Shown piece after piece: positions 50,966 through 61,561 of a stretch of DNA of 64,000 nucleotides. A program made the position numbers and the translations under genes. Every line of letters begins with the position of its first letter. Position 1 is the first letter of the stretch. The notes below the pieces were generated by a model, which saw only the letters and a program-made list of their open reading frames with translations, searched no databases and was not told the DNA's origin. The stretch comes from Laetmonice hystrix (lineage: Eukaryota): the NCBI GenBank assembly GCA_965235115.1, contig OZ249436.1:44270001-44334000 (forward strand). The letters run 5' to 3'.

Positions 50966-51233
50966 TGTAGGAATAGGGAAAATCTCATCTTGCCTGTAGA
51001 CTAATCTTAAAGAAAATGGAAAATTTCGGCAGTTTATTTGAATCCTGTAGGAATAGGGAAAATCTCATCTTGCCTGTAGACTAATCTTAAAGAAAATGGA
51101 AAATTTCGGCAGTTTATTTGAATACTGTAGGAATAGGGAATCTCATCTTGCCTGTAGACTAATCGTAAGGAAAATGGAAAATTTCGGCAGTTTATTTGAA
51201 TACTGTAGGAATAGGGAATCTTATCTTGCCTGT
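50966..51233. repeat. About 80-bp tandem repeat, about 3.3 copies
   Basis: TGTAGGAATAGGGAA..TCTCATCTTGCCTGTAGACTAATC...GGCAGTTTATTTGAAT repeated. Confidence 0.9.
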
Positions 51234-51522
51234 GCAGTATTTACTTCTCATTATTTAGGTTCCTTCGTACAAAAAAAATTGAATCTCTTTAATTGGTATC
51301 CTTGATCAAGAAAGATTTTAGCCTTTCCTCACCAATAAATAACAAGAGATTTATCAGGCAACACTATCCAGTTAAACCGTGAAACGATACCGTGATTACA
51401 GCGTTCATTTATGTACAGTTACCATCAACGCAACGCTCGTGCTATACCTCCGGGAACGGGTCTAAATTAGCAGGGCAGGCGCGGACCAATTATATAACTG
51501 GTTGAGGATGTGTCCGACTCAC

Positions 51523-51700
51523 TTGTCTAACGTTCTGTCGTCGTTTTCGTATCCTGGCAACACGTGTAAATCCCTGGGGTCAGCGTCTAACATGTCGACG
51601 TTGATTGGAAGAGCGTCCCCGTCTGATCCTATCACCTCCAGGCCTGTCAGTCCCAGGTAGTATGCGTCTCCCCACGTTGCTGTGAAGTTCAACCTTAGAT
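51523..51700 (-). CDS. KATNIP: KATNIP exon
   Basis: ttccag acceptor, gtgagt donor. Encodes DLRLNFTATWGDAYYLGLTGLEV...ADPRDLHVLPGYENDDRTLDK. Phases 1/2. Confidence 0.95.
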
Positions 51701-51843
51701 CTGGAAATGTAGGAGAGAAGTCACCATGACAACCACCGAAATGTGACACCATGACAACCACAGAAATGTGACAGACATACTTAAAACTAGTCCCGATCTG
51801 TCCTGGTCAAATGTCCCTAACCTTTTCTTACAAAAGGTGTCAG

Positions 51844-52075
51844 CACCTACCCTGTCCGAACATAAGGTCCCACCTACCCCGTCGCCACATAAAGTCCCCA
51901 CCCAACTTGTCCCCACATAAAGTCCCCACCCACCTCATCCCCACATAAAGTCCCCACCTATCCTGTCCCCAAATTAAGTGACTAAATAAAGTCCCCACCC
52001 ACCTTGCCCCCACATAAAGTCCCCACCCACCTTGTCCCCACACAAAGTCCCCACCCACCTTGTCCCCACATAAAG
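51844..52075. repeat. Degenerate distal block of the 28-bp donor repeat, about 8 copies
   Basis: Same AAAGTCCCCACCCACCTTGTCCCCACAT unit as 52455-52824, but more diverged. Confidence 0.85.
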
Positions 52076-52454
52076 TTTTTAATAAAATTGTAAAGGATGG
52101 CAACATCCAACTTAGTGTATCAATTCATACATTTAAACGCCACTTAAAAAAGGAAATCCTAAGTAATCTTGAGATAACTTAATGGTATTTTTTATCATTT
52201 CTCTATTACCTTCACTAGCCCTTTTCATCTAACTCATTTTATTTGTTGTTATTGTTTTTCTCTGCTTCCAAATATTACCCTTATCATATCGTTCCCGGTT
52301 TGTCGCTTGTGTTGAGCTACTATTTGTATAAATGATTGTATGTATATACAGGATGTAAATAAGTTCCTCTGTGAGGACTTCCTCATCCCTACTAAACTCT
52401 GTGCAAGCATACTCGGAAATAAAACACCATTTCAATTCAAATTCAATTCAATTC

Positions 52455-52824
52455 AAAGTCCCCACCCACCTTGTCCCCACATAAAGTCCCCACCCACCTG
52501 GTCCCCACATAAAGTCCCCACCCACCTTGTCCCCACATAAAGTCCCCACCCACCATGTCCCCACATAAAGTCCCCACCCACCTTGTCCCCACATAAAGTC
52601 CCCACCCACCTGGTCCCCACACAAAGTCCCCACCCACCTTGTCCCCACATAAAGTCCCCGCCCACCTTGTCCCCACATAAAGTCCCCGCCCACCTTGTCC
52701 CCACATAAAGTCCCCGCCCACCTTGTCCCCACATAAAGTCCCCGCCCACCTTGTCCCCACATAAAGTCCCCACCCACCTTGTCCCCACATAAAATCCCCA
52801 CCCACCTTGTCCCCACATAAAGTC
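52455..52824. repeat. 28-bp tandem repeat, about 13 copies, spanning a KATNIP donor site
   Basis: Minus-strand unit GACTTTATGTGGGGACAAG|GTGGGTGGG. Confidence 0.95.
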
Positions 52825-52926
52825 AGCTGAATCCTCCAGAGTTCCGTCGGTTGCATCTACTGGAGGCTCCTCCATGGCAGTTGCGCCGGGTCCTGTCCTC
52901 CGGGCAGCACAAGTGTATGGACGCTC
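52806..52926 (-). CDS. KATNIP: KATNIP exon
   Basis: ttctag acceptor, G|gtgggt donor. Encodes ERPYTCAARR...EDSADFMWGQ. Phases 0/1 join to D-LRLNF. Confidence 0.8.
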
Positions 52927-53153
52927 CTAGAACATGAGAACCATACACTGGGGAATTGGAAAGAGGAAATTGTATAGTACCCTACTGCAATCAAACCCGA
53001 GCCCCACGATTACCTCACCCACTGACATAAGGTATCAACGCCCGTACAGAGGCTTTGGTTGCCAAGGACAATAGCCCCTCCCTTCACACATCTTCACAGA
53101 CGGAATGAAGTCCATCCTTTCCAAGATTGAGTTACACATACATGTGTTCTCAC

Positions 53154-53294
53154 CTCTGCCTCCTTGTCAGCCGTAGCCGGTCGCTCGAGTTCCTCATCGT
53201 CATCCTCTAGATCCATGAGAGCGTCTGCCTCGAAGGCGTTGTCATGGAGTGAGACTGCCTCCAGGATGGCATCGTCGGTGGTAAACAGGATGGT
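53154..53294 (-). CDS. KATNIP: KATNIP exon
   Basis: ttacag acceptor, gtgaga donor. Encodes TILFTTDDAILEAVSLHD...ERPATADKEAE. Phases 0/0. Confidence 0.9.
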
Positions 53295-54355
53295 CTGTAA
53301 CGGAACACTCTAACTTAGGACAGGTGAAATCTATTGTGAAGGGTACAGGATGTTCTGTCAGAGAACACTGTAACTTAGGACAGGCACAATCTATTGTAAC
53401 ACGTCCAGGATGGTCTGTAACGGAACACTGTAACTTAGGACAGGTGAAATCTATTGTGAAGGGTACAGGATGTTCTGTCAGAGAACCCTGTAACTTAGGA
53501 CAGGCACAATCTATTGTAACACGTCCAGGATGGTCTGTAACGGAACACTGTAACTTAGGACAGGCACAATCTATTGTAACACGTCCAGGATGGTCTGTCA
53601 GAGAACCCTGTAACTTAGGACAGGTACCATCTATTGTAACACGTCCAGGATGGTCTGTAACGGAACACTGTAACTTAGGACAGGCACAATCTATTGTAAC
53701 ACGTCCAGGATGGTCTGTCAGAGAACCCTGTAACTTAGGACATGTACAATCTATTGTAACACGTCCAGGATGGTCTGTAACGGAACACTGTAACTTAGGA
53801 CAGGTACCATCTATTGCAACACGTCCAGGATGGTCTGTCATAGAACCCTGTAACTTAGGACAGGTACCATCTATTGCAACACGTCCAGGATGGTCTGTCA
53901 GAGAACCCTGTAACTTAGGACAGGCACAATCTATTGTAACACGTCCAGGATGGTCTGTCAGAGAACCCTGTAACTTAGGACATGTACAATCTATTGTAAC
54001 ACGTCCCGGATGGTCTGTCATAGAACCCTGTAACTTAGGACAGGCACAATCTATTGTAACACGTCCAGGATGTTCTGTCATAGAACCCTGTAACTTAGGA
54101 CAGGCACAATCTATTGTAACACGTCCAGGATGTTCTGTCATAGAACCCTGTAACTTAGGACAGGCACAATCTATTGTAACACGTCAAGGATGGTCTGTCA
54201 GAGAACCCTGTAACTTAGGACAGGCACAATCTATTGTAACACGTCCAGGATGGTCTGTAACGGAACCCTGTAACTTAGGACAGGTACCATCTATTGTAAC
54301 ACGTACAGGATGGTCTGTTAGAGAACTCTGTAACTTGGGACAGGTGAAATCTATC
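53286..54355. repeat. 60-bp tandem repeat, about 18 copies, spanning a KATNIP acceptor site
   Basis: Minus-strand unit contains ...TTCCGTTACAG|ACCATCCTG (acceptor plus first 9 exon nt). Confidence 0.95.
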
Positions 54356-55202
54356 GTCACACAGAGAAATTTTCTCTTAAAAGGTTGAAGGAACTTTCCT
54401 ATTCCATCTACTTCGTGAACTGTGAGACCTTTTAAGTATCACCTCTAATGATTGGCACTTACAGCGGCACTCGTTCGTGATACGAGGGTCCACCTAACGG
54501 TGACTAAGCCATGTTACAGCATAGGGCAGTCTTAGTTATCAAATACGACACTAGGTGGTTGGGAGCATGATCTAACGAACATGCACCTCGCTGCAATTCT
54601 GTTTCTGGGCGATATTAATAAATTCCCAGTGACATTTGTTTTACAAGGAATCTGCTAGAAATGAGGTTAATCTCGCTGAACGTGGTGGATAGTAACCAAT
54701 CACAGAGAGTCCAACTCTGAGGCTGTCTGACAGTCAACTGGGACAAGTTGAACTCCCCAGGGTGAATGGGAACCGGGTCAACGAGATAACTAACTCCCCT
54801 GTCAGTTCTAAATCATTTCTTTCACTTGAAAAGAAATGAGCGGGCGAGGACATAAGCTGGGATTAAACGACAACAGTCAAACACTTCTATCATTAATAAT
54901 CTGATGACGCTCTGCTTCCTGGTAACTCAAAAAACATCAATGTTTACCAGTACCACCAGAAAACACATGGAGCTAATGCTGAACAATAAAACTTGTACTG
55001 TGAATCGACACAGAATATTTGATCACCTGCCTTTAAACCAGTGTCGATGACAGACTTGAAATCTTTGGGCGAAAGTCGTTACAAAAAACTGATCGTGTGT
55101 GTGTGTGGGGGGGGGGGGGAGGTAAGCCTATATCATTGGCTATGACCACATTTCTCCCCCCGCCACAAACACCGCCACTTCCATGCATACTGTCATACTT
55201 AC

Positions 55203-55340
55203 ATCTCCAAACGACTCGGAACCCCCGACTATGCCACCGCAAGCTCGCGTAATCTCGCCTTTAAAGATCACGTTTCCGTCAAGAGTAATCTCAATGTCCT
55301 TAGCGCCTCGGAACGAATGTATTCTGGATTTGTTGTAATT
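55203..55340 (-). CDS. KATNIP: KATNIP exon
   Basis: tttcag acceptor, gtaagt donor. Encodes NYNKSRIHSFRGAKDIEITLDGNVIFKGEITRACG...FGD. Phases 0/0. Confidence 0.95.
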
Positions 55341-55819
55341 CTGAAAGAAAATAAAACAATTTCCTATGCATTCAAATGTTCTCATTTCCATATCGATGTA
55401 ATCTGTGGAGTTAGATGCGATCATGTATTACAGTACTGAATTCCTTTACGTGGATTTAATTTATTGTCTAACTTTTGATTGATCTACTTCTTGTTACTAG
55501 ACATAGCAACGTGATACTTGTCGCATTTGGTAAAATCATCTGCAACCAGACAGGCGCAACACGAATACGTTTAGCAGTGAGTGAGTAATGGAGGTTTGTC
55601 GGCATCTAAGGCCATCTTCATGGCGACACTAACAGAGAACCTTCTGACAACCCCTCAAAGACAGATCCTGTGTCTGGTGACTGCGTGTGTGCCATGTTGG
55701 GTAAGAAAAGGGTAGACAGAAATCTATCACTATCGGATCGTGTATCCACAGTTTATGTCCAACTCAAATCATTGTGGACTTTAATATTCTGAGCATCTCT
55801 AGGTCAAAAGGTCACTTAC

Positions 55820-56159
55820 CCATATTCTCATCATGGCGATGGTATAGGGGAGGTCAAAGGTCATCCGGATGGAGTGGTTGCTACCCTTGGAGTAGGGTGC
55901 CAGCCACATGTGGACATCATCCCGTGTACGGTGACAACCATCGATGAGGTTAGTGACGACCCGTGGGTCCTTACTGTATCCGTCCAGAATGTTAATATCG
56001 CTTGGGTCAGCCCAGATCTTCATCACTTTCACTGGGTTACCCGTGTTAGAGAACAACTCGATCCCATTCAGGCCCACATAATGGCGGTCTCCCCATGTCG
56101 TCTTGATGTTAATCGTCATCTCACGACCGTTTGGTAGTTCAGGGATCGTGAACACCTCC
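55820..56159 (-). CDS. KATNIP: KATNIP exon
   Basis: ttgtag acceptor, gtaagt donor. Encodes EVFTIPELPNGREMTINIKTTWGDRHYVGLNGIE...DPRVVTNLIDG...HMWLAPY...MRIW. Phases 2/0. Confidence 0.95.
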
Positions 56160-57521
56160 CTACAATAAACAAATCGTCATCTCACGACCGTTTGGTAGTT
56201 CGGGGATCGTAAACACCTCCCTACAATAAACAAATCGTCATCTCACGACCGTTTGGTAGTTCAGGGAACACCTCGCTACAATAAACAAATCGTCATCTCA
56301 CGACCGTTTGGTAGTTCGGGGATCACCTCGCTACAATAAACAAATCGTCATCTCACGACCGTTTGGTAGTTCAGGGATCGTGAACACCTCGCTACAATAA
56401 ACAAATCGTCATCTCACGACCGTTTGGTAGTTCAGGGATCGTGAACACCTCGCTACAATAAACAAATCGTCATCTCACGACCGTTTGGTAGTTCGGGGAT
56501 CACCTCGCTACAATAAACAAATCGTCATCTCACGACCGTTTGGTAGTTCGGGGATCACCTCGCTACAATAAACAAATCGTCATCTCACGACCGTTTGGTA
56601 GTTCGGGGATCACCTCGCTACAATAAACAAATCGTCATCTCACGACCGTTTGGTAGTTCAGGGATCGTGAACACCTCCCTACAATAAACAAATCGTCATC
56701 TCACGACCGTTTGGTAGTTCAGGGAACACCTCCCTACAATGAACAAATCGTCATCTCACGACCGTTTGGTAGTTCGGGGATCGCGAACACCTCCCTACAA
56801 TAAACAAATCGTCATCTCACGACCGTTTGGTCGTTCAGGGATCGTGAACACCTCCCTACAATAAACAAATCGTCATCTCACGACCGTTTGGTAGTTCGGG
56901 GATCGCGAACACCTCCCTACAATAAACAAATCATCATCTCACGACCGTTTGGTAGTTCAGGGATCGTGAACACCTCCCTACAATAAACAAATCGTCATCT
57001 CACGACCGTTTGGTAGTTCAGGGATCGTGAACACCTCCCTACAATAAACAAATCGTCATCTCACGACCGTTTGGTAGTTCAGGGATCGTGAACACCTCCC
57101 TACAATAAACAAATCGTCATCTCACGACCGTTTGGTAGTTCAGGGAACACCTCGCTACAATAAACAAATCGTCATCTCACGACCGTTTGGTAGTTCGGGG
57201 ATCACCTCGCTACAATAAACAAATCGTCATCTCACGACCGTTTGGTAGTTCAGGAAACACCTCCCTACAATAAACAAATCATCATCTCACGACCGTTTGG
57301 TAGTTCAGGGATCGTGAACACCTCCCTACAATAAACAAATCGTCATCTCACGACCGTTTGGTAGTTCAGGGATCGTGAACACCTCGATACAATAAACAAA
57401 TCGTCATCTCACGACCATTTGGATCTTCGGGGATCGTGAACACCTCCCTACAATAAACAAATCGTCATCTCACGACCGTTTGGTAGTTCAGGGATCGTGA
57501 AAACCTCCCTACAATAAACAG
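56111..57521. repeat. About 61-bp tandem repeat, about 24 copies, spanning a KATNIP acceptor site
   Basis: Minus-strand unit TGTTTATTGTAG|GGAGGTGTTCACGATCCCTGAACTACCAAACGGTCGTGAGATGACGATT. Some copies have short internal deletions. Confidence 0.97.
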
Positions 57522-58075
57522 TCTCATAATCAGCTTAAAGGGACCTCGTCAATTCCCCCAAATATGAAACGTACCTTTCATCCTGCAACATGATATTTAA
57601 ATATGGTGATCAAATAATGGCAACGAATGTAAGAAAATTACAAATTCAGTCACCTGAGCACGGTCCATAGAGTTTACAAACCGTAAAAAGATGGCAAAGC
57701 GGCATGGCTGCATGGAGCAAAAGGCAATTACCGATGGCACACGCTGCTCCGTACACCTACATGCACAGTTGTTTTGCTTATTACGAGATCGCAAGTAAAT
57801 CTAGGTTGTTTAATTTGAGAGGGGGTCGATTTCGTGGCTTTTAAGTCTTAGTACCATGTTACAGACCGGAGAAGAAGCCGTCCAGAATAGAGTGTCTCCG
57901 CCTTACTTTCTGTGTCAGTAACTGCACGGACTACGGTTTCCCTGGGGATCCAGTTCCAACTCATCCCCACAGCATCAATATACATTGGCTGTAGCTCACT
58001 GGGAAACCCCCCAAACCCCAATCCTCCAACCGACAGTAAAATAAACCTGCTACAAAAAGGTCGCTATAAACTTAC

Positions 58076-58193
58076 TCGTCTAGGTCATCCTGAGATGGTA
58101 TCATGTCCTCCTCCTGCTCCTCGCCCTCCTCCGGGATGGCTGGCTGTGCGGGTTTGACCTGCTCTGTGTTCAAGTACTCGTCCAGTATGTCTT
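58076..58193 (-). CDS. KATNIP: KATNIP exon
   Basis: tggcag acceptor, gtaagt donor. Encodes KDILDEYLNTEQVKPAQPAIPEEGEEQEEDMIPSQDDLD. Phases 1/2 fit neighbours. Confidence 0.8.
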
Positions 58194-58438
58194 CTGCCAA
58201 CACAAGGAGGAACACAGTTATCTGGGCCGTAGCCGCCCCACCCTGGGATTTCCAGGTTTTTTTTTCAGTTATTATTGGGCCTGACGGGTGTTTCAATAAG
58301 CGTGTCACGCCATCCGACTGGCGATGGAGTCTATTTTTTTCATTCATTTATTTATACTGGGGGATTTTGGATACATACATATGGGATACCGGTTTTCAAA
58401 ACCGCCCAGTCCATCAGGATACAAGTTATACATAATAA

Positions 58439-60190
58439 TGGTTAGTCGACTGGTGGTCGAGGGTTAGTGGACCGGCAGTCGAGGGTTAGTGGACTGGCGG
58501 TCGAGGGTTAGTGGACTGGCGGTGGGGGGTTAGTGGACTGGCGGTCGAGGGTTAGTGGACTGGCGGTGGAGGGTTAGTCGACTGGTGGTCGAGGGTTAGT
58601 GGACCGGCAGTCGAGGGTTAGTGGACTGGCGGTCGAGGGTTAGTGGACTGGCGGTGGGGGGTTAGTGGACTGGCGGTCGAGGGTTAGTGGACTGGCGGTC
58701 GAGGGTTAGTCGACTGGTGGTCGAGGGTTAGTGGACCGGCAGTCGAGGGTTAGTGGACTGGCGGTCGAGGGTTAGTGGACTGGCGGTCGAGGGTTAGTGG
58801 ACTGGCGGTCGAGGGTTAGTGGACTGGCGGTCGAGGGTTAGTGGACTGGGGGTGGGGGGTTAGTGAACTGGCGGTCGAGGGTTAGTGGACCGGCGGTCGA
58901 GGGTTAGTGGACCGGCGGTCGAGGGTTAGTGGACCGGCGGTCGAGGGTTAGTGGACTGGTGGTCGAGGGTTAGTGGACCGGCAGTCGAGGGTTAGTGGAC
59001 CGGCGGTCGAGGGTTAGTGGACTGGCGGTCGAGGGTTAGTGGACTGGCGGTCGAGGGTTAGTGGACTGGCGGTCGAGAGTTAGTGGACTGGTGGTGGGGG
59101 GTTAGTGGACTGGCGGTCGAGGTTTAGTGGACTGGCGGTCGAGGGTTAGTGGACCGGCCGTCTAGGGTTAGTGGACTGGCGGTCGAGGGTTACTGGACTG
59201 GCGGTCGAGGGTTAGTGGACTGGTGGTGGAGGGTTAGTGGACTGGCGGTGGAGGGTTAGTGGACTGGCGGTCGAGGGTTAGTGGACTGGCGGTCGAGGGT
59301 TAGTGGACCGGCCGTCTAGGGTTAGTGGACCGGCGGTCGAGGGTTAGGGGACCGGCGGTCGAGGGTTAGTGGACTGGCGGTCGAGAGTTAGTGGACTGGT
59401 GGTGGGGGGTTAGTGGACTGGCGGTCGAGGTTTAGTGGACTGGCGGTCGAGGGTTAGTGGACCGGCCGTCTAGGGTTAGTGGACCGGCGGTCGAGGGTTA
59501 GTGGACTGGCGGTCGAGGGTTAGTGGACCGGCCGTCTAGGGTTAGTGGACCGGCGGTCGAGGGTTAGTGGACTGGCGGTCGAGGGTTAGTGGACCGGCCG
59601 TCTAGGGTTAGTGGACCGGCGGTCGAGGGTTAGTGGAGCGGCGGTCGAGGGTTAGGGGACCGGCGGTCGAGGGTTAGTGGACCGGCGGTCGAGGGTTAGT
59701 GGACCGGCGGTCGAGGGTTAGTGGACCGGCGGTCGAGGGTTAGTGGACCGGCGGTCGAGGGTTAGTCGACTGGCGGTCGAGGGTTAGTCGACTGGCGGTC
59801 GAGGGTTAGTGGACTGGCGGTCGAGGGTTAGTGGACCGGCGGTGGAGGGTTAGGGGACCGGCGGTCGAGGGTTAGGGGACCGGCGGTCGAGGGTTAGTGG
59901 ACTGGCGGTCGAGGGTTAGTGGACTGGCGGTGGAGGGTTAGTGGACTGGCGGTGGAGGGTTAGTGGACTGGCGGTGGAGGGTTAGTGGACTGGCGGTCGA
60001 GGGTTAGTGGACTGGAGGTCGAGGGTTAGTGGACTGGCGGTCGAGGGTTAGTGGACTGGCGGTCGAGGGTTAGTGGACTGGCGGTCGAGGGTTAGTGGAC
60101 TGGTGGTGGAGGGTTAGTGGACTGGCGGTGGAGGGTTAGTGGACTGGCGGTCGAGGGTTAGTGGACTGGTAGTCGAGGGTTAGTGGACTG
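58439..60190. repeat. 22-bp G-rich tandem repeat, about 80 copies
   Basis: Unit GAGGGTTAGTGGACTGGCGGTC. Confidence 0.97.
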
Positions 60191-60898
60191 GGGCCTTCAG
60201 ACTCGGAGGGTTAACGCAGGACGTAGGCCGAACACTTCAATATGAAATAGGTAATTGGGTGGCAATATGAAATAGGTAATTGGGAGTGGAGGATGTCGTC
60301 AACACTAATCTTTGATTCGGGTACTCACCATTCTCTCTCCGAATAAAGTATTTCTATTAGATCTTAATTACTTGACCTGGTTGAGCTGTAATAGATGTAA
60401 TATATCAGGAAAGCCTTTTAACCTTTTGACATTTTTGAGGGCTGTGCCCAGTGTGAGACCAATGACTCGCATAAATTGACTTAAACTGGGCTTTTCAAAA
60501 TTCGTAGTCATGTGTGTAACTTTGACCTTTGAAAATCATGGGAGCTGGTAATAGATGGATATTCAGGGTTGTCATACTAGGGTTGAAAGTCAGGGCGCGG
60601 AGGTCCCTGGAGGCATTGCCATCAGGTCCCTACAGGAGGAATCGTTTCTCCATGGCAGTGTACCCAATCTGACATCAAGAGATTAGCACCTGACCTCAAC
60701 CCTGAGCTGCCAACCTTGTATCCCCACAAAAAAATGGCTGTTTAAAACAAAAAGATTGTAGCAAAACAGATTCAACGTCAATTAGAACCCCCCCCCCCCC
60801 GCTTCCAAAAGGCACATTTTTATTTATTATTAATTTTATTTAATATTAGTAAAACTGGTAGCAGCCACTTGCCAGGGCCGTCATGATCTTGTACTCAC

Positions 60899-61129
60899 TT
60901 TCCATGTCAACCGAGAGACGACCTTTGTGTGACCTTTCGAAGATGTTGAGCGAGGACCAGGATTCCTCCAATCGGCTCTGCTCTTGTTTACGCCACTGCG
61001 CACGCGCTGACTCGATCTGCTTCATCCGGGGCACGGCGGCCTCCTCGGTCTCCAGACTGACGCCGTCCGCCATCTTGGCCGCCATCTCTCTCCTGTAGCG
61101 TTCCTCGTCAACATCCTCTCCAGGGTCGT
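60899..61129 (-). CDS. KATNIP: KATNIP exon (most 5' recognisable in window)
   Basis: ctgtag acceptor, gtgagt donor. Contains LEESWSSLNIFERSHKGRLS, resembling the KIAA0556 LxESWSSLxxFxRSHxGRxS motif. Phases 1/1. Confidence 0.85.
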
Positions 61130-61394
61130 CTACAGCAAAACACGAGCAAATGGCGGGAAAATAAACGGATGGGTGGTTTTCGTTCTGGTGGGGAAATAAA
61201 AGAATAAATTTTCCGATTCCGTTTTCGTTAGCCGGTTGCGATTCGATCGTTTATGCCTATCTCCTATGAGAGTGTTTCCAGGTGCGCGTTTCATTCAAAG
61301 AGGAAATAGGCATAAACGATCGAATCGGAAACGGAAAACGGAAACGGAAAATGGAATCGGAAAACGGAAACGCACACATGGAATCGCCCCTTTA

Positions 61395-61561
61395 GCCGGG
61401 TTTCCATGTGTACCTTTCCGTTATCCGTTTCCGATTCGATCCTTTATGCCTATTTCCTATCGGAGCGTTTCCCGTGTACAATGGAAACATACACATGAAC
61501 ACGCTCTCATAGGAAATAGGCATAAAGATCGAATCGGAAACGTACACATGGAAACCCGACC
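61395..61561. mobile_element. Palindromic MITE (PIF/Harbinger-like)
   Basis: TIRs GCCGGGTTTCCATGTGTAC / GTACACATGGAAACCCGAC, flanked by TTA / TAA. Related sequence lies at 61200-61390 and about 35690-35832. Confidence 0.65.

Noticed and set aside
53242..54388. Cys-rich 299-aa and 354-aa ORFs
   Set aside because: Translations of the 60-bp acceptor repeat. The true exon frame has a stop in each unit.
18925..60190. CRISPR-like interpretation of the many regular arrays
   Set aside because: Units are head-to-tail with no unique spacers, there are no cas genes, and the context is eukaryotic with spliceosomal introns.
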